A stretch of 64,000 nt of DNA, taken from positions 36,148,001-36,212,000 of the forward strand of contig CM119372.1 of NCBI GenBank assembly GCA_051294905.1, in the 5' to 3' direction. The notes under the pieces were generated by a model, which had not been told where the DNA came from, ran no database searches, and saw nothing but the letters and a program-made list of their open reading frames with translations. How positions within the stretch are numbered: the stretch's first letter is position 1; every line of letters begins with the position of its first letter. The DNA comes from Botryllus schlosseri (taxonomy: Eukaryota). The position numbers and the translations under genes are program-made. Of the stretch, positions 51,592 to 62,014 are shown piece by piece.

Positions 51592-52850
51592 GATCTGCGT
51601 TACAAACTCCAAATCCGCTACTACTCGACAAGAAGATACTTTACAAGAAGAGAAACTGCTGGTGTTTTATGGAATGCAGGCAAATGGGTTGACGGGACGA
51701 CAGAACAGTTCTAAATGGGACATCAGAATTTAATTGTTTTATAACAGTTCCAATACTTGCATGTCGCATGCGTTGAGTTGAAATATAGGATTTTATTGAA
51801 ATGTAATTTGATCAAAATAAGACATGTCAACTATTTTGATGTTTTGAGCATTATGGGACGGATATCTACGGGACATGTAAATCTCGGAAATTGGTTGTAA
51901 TACATCGGTGTCGAATCTGTGGAAGTCTTTACACTTCGAGCCGCAAACCCAAGTCGGATTCGAGAACTTTCACCTCATCATCGGAAAAAGTTTGGGTAAC
52001 AGTGTCCACGTGTCCACTTACGACTTGATCCGAAAGTGGGGAAAAGCAATAGCTGTTTTTCTGTTGTTGATACAAAGTAAGGGGTCAGCGCATGATCTCA
52101 TTGATCTTGATAACCTATGTCGTAGCTAGGTAATCTCTTGAATTAAAACATGCGAATTACTGTTGCAATGTACTAACTGAAGAGTTTATTGATACAGACA
52201 TAACAGAAGGTCCTTACGTGCAGGACTACGGAACACGAATAACTATCGTAGTCTACTACGTCACAATACAGTTATTGTGATCAAGTAATGATAATGTCCA
52301 ATCACGATACACATCAGTTGCCTTACTGATCACCCTTATATACTTTACATAGTTACCTTATAGCGTAGGTGTCAAATTCAACTTCCAAATCAATCAATAC
52401 CTTGTTTTCACTGGATTTAAAAACGCAACACTGCCGTCGGATTGTTTTAATGTGGCTAATGAATATCTTGGACGTTTTTTGTCTTGAGGGATTATTTACC
52501 TAAGACTTGAAGATTTCTTCCATTACGATATCCGATTCGGTAATATACATTTATTAAACTCGACGACCTTTCGGCTGCCTCTTTTCCAAAGCTATCGTCA
52601 CGCTGAAGGTATTTAAACAGATTCATGAATAAACCAATAAGGCAAAGTATGACATAACAGCAGAGGTGGTCCGTAACGAAGTACTTCTACTTTTTGGAAG
52701 TACTCAGGTAGTTTTCTTCTACTTCGAGTACTTACTCAAGTAGATCTGATTTTATCTACTTCTTCTGCTACCTCGTAATATTTTGTGATCTACTTACTTA
52801 CTATTCGCTATTTTCAGTCTGCCGAGTGGCAGTAGTTTAATTCTTTATTA

Positions 52851-53948
52851 CAGGGGCGGGCAACATACGGCCCGCAGACATTTTCCCGTCTTACATGATA
52901 ATGCAGCCCGCGGCCCCAGTCTGCCGATATTCCCCACTATTTGCTTGAACGTTAAATTTTAGTGACTGTATGTTATTATATACGTGTGTGCGCAGCGTGC
53001 GAGAGTAGAGCTTACGGGTAAGTTCGTCGAAGCAAGAAGACTTGCATTATTGGCATTAACCATGTACGCAACCCTAATGAATTTATATCTTGGTAAATTT
53101 GGGGTACCGGGCTTATCGAACGCCTTGAAATCTTAATTAAGGATTGCACCATAGTGTGCTATATGGTGTGGTCACAAGCAAATCTCACGGCTCAGTGAAA
53201 TTGGTCTACGTCCCACTTTCCATTTGGCTAAAGGCAATTTTACGGTATTTTTTGACCAGCTTGTCGAGCATTAAATTTGAAATTGACATCGATTGATACC
53301 AAATATCAAATAATTGACCGGCTCGCCGATCGCGAAATTTGATAAAACGGGTATCAATCGAAATCTACCGCGGTACCGATTGCAAAATTAGGAGCAAGTG
53401 CCTACGAGAGAAGAGTGAGAGTGTGAATGCTCAATTCGCTGCGCAACAATGGCCCAGACGCTTGCGGTTTGTGCTGCTTTAACTTGCAACCAGACGGCAT
53501 GATTGCGTCACAATACCACACTCCGTTACAATGCAACATTCCAGGCTGATTTTGGGAGGTTCCAGAGCCACGAGCAGAATAAAATTTATATTTTCACAAT
53601 CAGTACCGCGGTAGCTTCCGATTGATACCCGTTTTATCAAATTTCGCGATCGGCGAGCCGGTCAATATAGGACACTATGATTGCACCGTTTGTTAATTGA
53701 TCGGAGAGAAGCAGACATGGCGTCGCCTGCATGACAATGGTGTTCTCAAATCCACATTGTCTTCGTCATTCTCGGCGAAAATGACTTTGAAGAGACATTG
53801 CTGTCGTTGAAATACATTCATTTAATACGATTTATTCCGTGTATATGTTGATAAATGGGCGAATAATGTATCGATTCAGCAATCCGGCCCGACAAGTACA
53901 TAATTTTCCTATATCCGGCCCGCCGACTGGAGACGTTGCCCGCCCCTG
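52851..53948. mobile_element. Charlie-type hAT element
   Basis: TIR caggggcgggcaac / gttgcccgcccctg; TSD ctttatta / ctttaata. Confidence 0.88.
53150..53679. mobile_element. CATAG-terminated (P-like) MITE with an internal ~70-bp inverted repeat
   Basis: TIR catagtgt(g/c)ctatat; TSD attgcac (7 bp, or gattgcacc 9 bp with shorter TIRs). 53315-53382 is inverted at 53597-53665. Superfamily assignment tentative. Confidence 0.7.
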
Positions 53949-54168
53949 CTTTAATAATAAAGATAGCCAGAGGAATTTCGGGGCTGTTTTCACGGAGTAT
54001 AAACATTTATTATTCATAAAAGCCAAGTAAAGCTCAGAACTTTTGTTGCGTTTCGCGCACAGTAGTCATGGAGTACCAAATATGTTTTCAAGAAAGTATC
54101 AGTGAATATAATTTAGGTACCGTATTACGTGGTTCCGCTCACACCGCGTTGTCGCCCATATCAAATAT

Positions 54169-56118
54169 CACTGGTCAACATTTTTCAACATTTGTTTTTG
54201 TTTTTTTAAAACGGTAATTGAGTTTACCTAATTTGACGATGCTGATTCCGAATTTGCGTCAGAATTCACTCATCACGTCACAATTTTTCGCAGAAATCGA
54301 TTAATATTTCACCCAAAAACAGCTGTATTAAGGGCTCTTAAGCCCGTTTAGGTCCGTATATGATACGAAACACACCCTACAAAGCTCCCATGTTACTTTA
54401 TTGGGTTTGAGGTTTTATTATCTTCAACCAAACCTTCCAAATAATCAGGATCCTTAGTATTTCCAAGAAATTTAGATGCAACTTCAATGAAAGAGAGTCA
54501 TGTATTTTTTTTCCAAATCGGCGTTCTTAATAAGAAACACGGAGTTTTTGGTGAGGGTTCTGATTTGAGGTCCAACAAATATACCCTTTATTGTATTACC
54601 TCAAGTGAGGAAACCTTTCGTGAGTGTATTTAGAACGTGCATTCTCTTTGATCAGAGCCTTAACAAAATTTTTCATGAGATCCAGTTTAATATATAATGG
54701 TGGAAATACAACATTAGATAAGAGCAACTGTCGTTAAGAGCAGGCTCTGAAAATTTTAAAACTTGGTGTAAGATACTCCCTCATCGACCACTTACGTTTA
54801 ATTTATTGATTTCTACTGTCCCATTCACACATAAAACAAGGATACCTTGTAGTTCTAGAGTTGAGCTAGTAGCGGAAACTGTATACGTTTGAATTGAGTA
54901 GTTTGAGTACTATATTCCAAATTTGAAATCAAAAGTTTCGTATTCACGTAAGACCCCTTGATTCCAGTTGTACCAGCTACATAGATTGAAGCACATTGAT
55001 TTGTAATTTACGACGAAACACTTTTAGGCTTGATGCATAAATAAAGAGGCGAAATTTACAGTTTCCAATGTCTCTAAGAGATCTTGAACATTGACACAAT
55101 AGATTAAAGAGGGTTCAAAGGCAAAGAAGCGTGTGTATTCACTATCACGATGCATATACCAAGCAAAGCTGGTATCAGTGCCAAGTATATGTTTGGCTTT
55201 CAATCTGAAACCTACAATAACAACAGATTCAATTGGCAAATTCAAATTTATGACAAAGTATATATAGTTCAGCTTGGTTCAACTTTATATAGCTGCTGAT
55301 CACTATTACACTCATGCTGAGAACATTCTTCAGACAAAGACTCTTCACCGATAGAATCTTTTTCAACTATTGGTATAACTTTCGAAGGCAATGGAATCGT
55401 GACATCTTGCCCATGAGGAATCGGTCGTATTGCGCAAGTCAAATTGGATATTGAATTTCATGCTGATTTTGACATTTAATAAAAAAAAACATGAGCACAA
55501 GTAACAATCTTTCCATGTCCATGTTGCTATCACCAAACCATTGGCACACCAAATGCTCAAGAGTTGTGTTTCCAAATGCTTTACAGCCTCAATGTCGCTT
55601 TATTTTTCATTCAGTGTGCTGTGCATACCTCTTCATTATATCGCCTAGGCCCAGCTGGGTGTCAGATTTCAAAGACTACTCCAAGTCGTTTCGACGCCTT
55701 CCTATCTTTTAATTGTATCACAGTCTTGTGATGCTTTGAAAGGCGGAAAATATTAATAAATTGATACTGATATCAAAAAGTAGGCCTAGAATACTTACAT
55801 TTTTACATATTTATAAAAAGTTACTTTTACTTCTCCTTGAGTAGACTTGACGTCGTTACTTCTACTTCTACTTGAGTACGAATGGTAAGTACTGTGACCA
55901 CCTCTGATGACGTCACAGTGGTTATAGCCATGACCCAACAGCAATGAATACGTCACAGATCAGGCTGTTTTTTGCACTGAAATGCAAAATTTTAAATCAC
56001 AGAATATAAAAAATCTTCTCGTGATAGAAAAAAGCGACTTCATATTCGTAATCAGCGTACGAAAATTGACTTCATAGTAATCATTTTGTCCAGAAAGCGA
56101 AAATCATGTCGACCAGTG
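54169..56118 (-). mobile_element. Chapaev3-type DNA transposon, internally deleted
   Basis: CACTG...CAGTG termini and 3-bp TSD tat. Minus-strand remnants YPCFMCEWDSR, FPPLYIKLDLMKNFVKAL, GIFVGPQIR and FLGNTKDPDY. Confidence 0.82.
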
Positions 56119-57224
56119 TATCCAATCACAGTAAATATGGCCCATCACAACGTTTGAAACTACCGTTTCGAAATCTAGCAATCACCTATCATATCGTAAT
56201 CTAGCAGCCCATAACGTGCCCTGCTAATCTGGAAGAGTGGACTCCGGCTTTTTTGTACGTTATACCTGTTTTAGCAGACCACCTTTGAAGCTTTCTGGAA
56301 AAAGACATGAAATATATTTCCGCTTTTTAAGAGTGGTATTTGTATTTCACTTTCAATTCCTAGTATCTTACTTTGAGTTCTAATTACGTTCAGTTTTTTG
56401 TCTGCAGAACATACATGTTGAAGTATAAAAGCAAGTTTAGAAATGCCTCTATTTTCCGAAAGTAAAGCTACACAAGATGGCAATTTTACGATTCACCATA
56501 TTTGCTATTAGGCGTATAGCCTACTAATTGCGCAAAATGTTTAAAGCGTAGGCTATTCGATACAACTTCTCCGCATTGCTTTTCGCCTAAACTTAGGGTT
56601 TTATAATATGGGGTAGGGCACCACGTCATGATAATTTCTAAAACGGGGTCTTCGAGTAAACAGAGGATTAGTATCGCATTTTCATATCACGACTATAATT
56701 TGCATCCCATGATGCGAACGAATGCATATTTTGACGGAGATTGATATCTCTTGGGATGCATCAATATGAATCAAGCTCTCTGCACCTTCCGCACAGCTCA
56801 ATTTGCAATTTTTGATAGTCAATGCGAACGACTAAAGACTGTTTTAAAAACTACTTACTTACTCGAGTAGATTTAAAGTCAGTCAATTCTACTTTTACTT
56901 GAAGTAGTTTGAGGCTGCTTTTAAAATTGCTACTTCTAATCATACGTGAGTAGATTTTTGCGTCGCTACCACTACTTCTATTTCAGTAGCTTTCTCGACT
57001 ACTTTGACCACCCATGGATAAAAAGCACAGACCCAGGCTACTATAGTAACGTATAGTTCTTAGTTTGTTGTTGTTGCCATTGTTACAAAGCAAATTCCAT
57101 GGTGTGTGACTTTTATTGTTACGTGCCTTATTGGTATACTTTTTGAACATGTTTATATTCTCTTAGTGTGGTGATAAATATTCAAAAGACGCATTCGAAA
57201 AGTTTTCGCGGTTAATAAATGTAT

Positions 57225-59190
57225 TTCTGCAATTTATGTTGTAATGAAAGTAATATTATTTCTTAAAAAAATTCAATTTGTGTTGAAAATGTGCTAGATA
57301 ACACTGTGTAGGGTCAAGCATTTCCAATTTACTCAGAATTGCTTCGCGGGCAAGATAAAATCGTGTGGGGGCCGTATGTTTCATAGCCCTGTCTTTTAGT
57401 GTATGAGCTACGATCAATTTTCAAGGTTAATCATTTGTGTTTCTTAAAGACTAGTCCGCGAAGACTTATTCATTTTGAAACCTGTCCGCATTGCAAAAAA
57501 GCTTCCCGAGCCCTGGCGTACGCTATATTGGGATTCACGAATCAGCACGCACTCCTGCATATGCTTCATATTTATTATTAGATTAGTGACATATCATATG
57601 AGAGGCTAGTACGTACAACAGTTTGAAAACCACTATCCGAATCGGCAACGCATCAAATGTACTCATGTCGCTGGATCCTATTCATTTTAAAGAGATGTTC
57701 CTGCTGTCATACTCATCATAAATGCCAAGCATGGAACGTAAAAAAATGCCAATGTGGAACACCAAGTAACATTACGATAACTGAACCTAACGCGGCGCAC
57801 ACCTGTATCAAAATACCACTGTTGAGATCGAGTTACAACTACCATAGAGTCACCGCAAATTTTGACTCTTGTCAAGCCAGTTATTCCAATTTCGGAGATA
57901 ACTCATGGGGTTATTTTGAATAAAATCTCTTATTTTCGCTGATGGGCAAGACAAAAAAAAAACGACTTTGTCGTACTATAAAGTTTACAAATACAATCTA
58001 TTTTGTTATTGTTACACACTGAAAACTGTTTCAAATCGAGATACAACAATATCATTATAATTAGGGATATTACATTTATCACAGTTGAAGTCAATTACAT
58101 ATTTATTCGCAGTATAAAAGTAGAAGAAAGCTACAATTTACTTCAATCAGAACGAAATATTTAAGGGGTAAATAAAATATTTTGGGCTTTTTTTAGGGGT
58201 GTAAGTATTTTCTAAACGAGAGTCAATCTGGTGAAAGTAATGTGATATTCGTAATCACCAACCTTGAAAACCCCAAAAGCGATTCCTAGATGTTTTGCCC
58301 ACAAAAAGTTCGTTTTGGTTACCAGTGTTATTAATGCGCTGATTGCCGGGTTCAGCGGCAGATTCAAATATCTAAACAAACTTTAAATGCCATTCCTGAA
58401 CTACTAATTCGACATGAGTCACGGGTTATTGCCGTAAGTTATTGAGGACGTTCCGTAAATGCAGGGCCGTAACTGCCACACCCCGAACCCCTCCGATTGG
58501 AGGTGGGGGAGCTCGAAGGGGCACCAAAATTAATTTGCAGATCAACATAAATTATGGAGTATTTTGTGATTTTCTACATCTTCAGAATTTTCGTCGCTAA
58601 ACGTACAACATGAGTAATCGAAATGCAGCCGTGAATAGCAAAGAGGTTGGCCACCCCTGCCATGGAATCATGCACCAATTCATAGATCTGAGATGTCACA
58701 GAAATGAAGATCATTGGCGACTTCGCCCTACCAAATCGAAATTCATTACCGTCATTTCGAGTCACTGCAAATCTTAACGCCAGTCAAGTCGAGTCATTTG
58801 AAAATATGTCAAGTCAAATCTATCAGGATTAGACCATTGTAATCTGATTCTTACAGTGACGTGAATTTCACAAAAACATCGAAATTGTAATATTAAATTA
58901 CGGGGAATGATATTAACGGAATGCCCTTTCTTTAAATTTATTTGTGTCGAGATGCAAAACTGCTGCCAGAACCATACCCTTAATATGACATAGAATTAGA
59001 CATAGATACCATGAGTACTAAAACAACAACCACTTGAATTTTCATATGGTGCAACTGACATTGTTTTCTTAGCGGTGGCATCGGATATATCTGTCTGAAT
59101 ATTTTCAATCATTCATACCGCTATCACGTAGCAATTTCCGATACAAACTAAAATTACTGCAAGTAGAACTAATGAATGAACGGCCTGAAA
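57225..59190 (+). repeat. Segmental duplication of the region upstream of paralogue 4 (about 44690-49525)
   Basis: Four collinear blocks: 44.69-44.85/57.23-57.41 kb, 46.05-46.33/57.61-57.89 kb, 46.54-46.61/58.39-58.46 kb and 49.01-49.52/58.66-59.19 kb. Confidence 0.8.
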
Positions 59191-60030
59191 TTTGACCTCT
59201 GACCCCACCAGGATATCCAACTGCTTTAATAATTATTTCACTTCAATTGGTTCCGTACTAGCTGCATAACTCCCTTCTCCTATTGTCAATCCAACGACAC
59301 AAAGTTCCTATACCTACTGCTGTCTCAACTCTATCTTTTTAGAAGATTGCAATCAGTCAGAAATGATGTGTAGTATACACTCGCTTAAAAACGGCAAATC
59401 CTCTGGCGTTGAAACGATCCCGGCAAAACTGCTCAAATTCATTGCACCTGCTATTGCCAGACATCTATGCACATTTTTCAACTTTTCAATCAATCATGAA
59501 GTATTTCCAGACCATCTCTAACAAGCCAAGGTTGTATCAGTTTACAAAAAGAATGCCAGGCTAGAAATTGGAAACTACAGACCAATTTCATTTTTGAACT
59601 CAATCGCCATTACATTTGAAAGACTACTCTACCGTAGAATCATTGACTTTGTTATGAAAAATTCACTATTATCCGATGAGCAATTCGGTTTTTTAGCCAA
59701 TAGAAGCACTACGCAGGCCTTAGCCGACATGACATCTAGACACTTCAAGTCACTTGATAACAAAACCATCATGTTGTGTTTTTTTAGATATCAGCAAAGC
59801 ATTTGACTCTGTTAACCACCAGTTACTAATTAAAAAACTTGTTCAGTTTGGCATACGTGGTATTGCCTCGAAACTTATATCTGACTACTTGAAAAACCGA
59901 CGACAATGTGTGTATGTTAATAGTACTATCTCCGCCCCATCAACTATAACTTGGGCGTCCCTCAGGGGTCTGTATTGGGGCCTTTATTATTTCTTATTTA
60001 TATCAATGAATAGTATATTCATATTGAAAT

Positions 60031-60076
60031 GAACCCGAATATTTTCGGCTGACACTCGTCAGGGGTAATCGTCAGC
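60031..60076 (-). ncRNA. Hammerhead ribozyme motif, second copy (left pseudo-LTR)
   Basis: Exact reverse complement of 61969-62014. Confidence 0.8.
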
Positions 60077-60167
60077 AACTAGTAGAGAATTGGAAAGAAC
60101 ATTGTATATCAACAATCGTATCACAAAATATGACGTCACCAGCATGAAATTTCGAATGAGAGAGCGT

Positions 60168-61674
60168 TCAATGTACTATTTTTAGGTGATACACGAACTC
60201 CTTTTGTTGACAGAGTTTTGGTTGGTGTAGTTTGATAAAAGTTGATTCCAAGACACACAAATGGAATTGTGAACGACCTCGACCTACGATTCGAAATCGG
60301 TCTTCTCGATAATTATTCGCACAAATCGGATTATCCAACAGATGTTTGCCGATGGCAGAATTAATGGCCTTTGATCGATCAGCATCAATCTTAAGTGGAT
60401 GAGTTAAGGGTGAGCTTTTCACATCGCGTGACGCACGTGTTCTGATAAATCTGGGGACATGTTGGTTTATGCGGTCCTGCAGACGTCTTGACGTTCTTCC
60501 CACGTAGCCACAATCACAGTGGCACCTATATTCGTACACTACATTACTTTGTTGAAGTGCATGAAGCACGTCTTTGCGTGTTGAAGGGAGCAGTTGTGTT
60601 GTTGTAAAAATCACATTGGTTTTGACTGTATCGTAACATTTACCGACAGCAGAAATCAATTGTTTTTCAAAGCGGGTGGAAATGGGGCCAATTCAAGGTA
60701 GATGGATATAAACATCTTTTATTGTTCGTGCGGTGGGCTCTGTTCGTTTTTCTGCGTTGAATTGCGTTAATTTCCTCTCCATGCCGCGGCTGATGACGTG
60801 TTCAGGGTAACCGTTATCAAGTAAGATTTTTCGGATGTAGTCAAGTTCTAAACTCAGTTTGTTACCCGAACATATCATCAACGCTCTATGCACGAGTGTG
60901 CCTATGAGGTTAATTTTTCTGCGCCGAGGACTAAATGAATTCCAGGGAAGGTATTGGCCTGTGAATGTCGGTTTCCTGAAAACAGACGTTTCAAATTTGT
61001 TGGTATTGTGCTTTTCAACTAATACGTCCAGAAATGATAACGAGTTATTGCGTTCTTTTTCTATTGTGAAGTGCAAGGCCGGGTGAAGCGAGTTTAAGCG
61101 AATGAGAAATTGGTCACACTCCGATTCATTCCTGAAAATGACAAATGTATCATCTACGTATCGGCGGTACAATAGTGGTTTGGCGGACTCACGCTGGGAC
61201 AGAAGCTCGCCCTCGTAATACCCTACGAAAATGTTGGCCAAAATAGGTCCCAGGGGACTACCCATGGCTAAGCCGTCTATTTGGCGAAACATGACCTCGT
61301 TAAAGCTAAATTCCACGCAGCAAGTTGCCGCTTGTAAAAGTTCAACAAAGACGTTACGCGGGATTGATGGTGGCGGTAACTTACCACCGTACAGCGCGTT
61401 GGCACAAATATCAATAGTCTCATGCAGCGGAACGTTCGTAAAAAGACTAGAGATATCAAATGAGCTCAGAAACACGTCTGGATTCGGCAAATCCAGGTTT
61501 CGTATTTCACCAGCGAACGTGAACGAATCGCGAACACATTCCGTGCCGTACAATTCCCGATCCGGTTCCAAAATGTCAATAAGCCATTTTGCCAGCTGAT
61601 GGTGAGCAGACCCGATCATGGAAAGTATAGGTCTCACTGGGACATTGTCTTTGTGAGTTTTTGGCAGTCCGTAC
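60168..61674 (-). pseudogene. Penelope RT-GIY-YIG ORF, one continuous frame broken by a single TGA at 60693-60695
   Basis: The two ORF-track entries (60693-61703 and 60168-60659) are in the same frame: ...YIHLP*IGPISTRFEKQLISAVGKCY..., consistent with LPW/YIG having mutated TGG>TGA. Confidence 0.88.
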
Positions 61675-61968
61675 AGGCCATTAATTCTGCCATCGGCAAA
61701 CATCTGTTGGATAATCCGATTTGTGCGAATAATTATCGAGACGACCGATTTCGAATCGTAGGTCGAGGTCGTTCACAATTCCATTTGTGTGCCTTGGAAT
61801 CAACTTTTATCAAAATACTCGAACCAAAACTCTGTCAACAAAAGAAGTTCGTGTATCACCTCAAAATAGTACATTGAACGCTCTCTCATTCGAAATTTCA
61901 TGCTGGTGACGTCATATTTTGTGATACGATTGTTGATATACAATGTTCTTTCCAATTCTCTACTAGTT

Positions 61969-62014
61969 GCTGACGATTACCCCTGACGAGTGTCAGCCGA
62001 AAATATTCGGGTTC
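61969..62014 (+). ncRNA. Minimal type I hammerhead ribozyme motif in the Penelope pseudo-LTR
   Basis: ACCC-CUGACGA-G(UGUCAGC)C-GAAA-AUAU-UC-GGGU. Stem I ACCC/GGGU, core CUGANGA 61983-61989, GAAA 61999-62002, palindromic stem III AAUAUU, predicted cleavage after C62008. Upstream GCUGACG (61969-61975) is complementary to loop II. Confidence 0.8.

Larger units (their letters stand above)
52661..57016. mobile_element. AGTA/TACT-repeat hAT-like element expanded by nested insertions
   Basis: Collinear with 29484-30777 once 52851-53948 and 54169-56118 are removed. Confidence 0.82.

Noticed and set aside
61599..61877. 92-aa plus-strand ORF as a separate endonuclease gene
   Set aside because: It is a chimera of antisense RT sequence and the inverted pseudo-LTR copy of the GIY-YIG tail.
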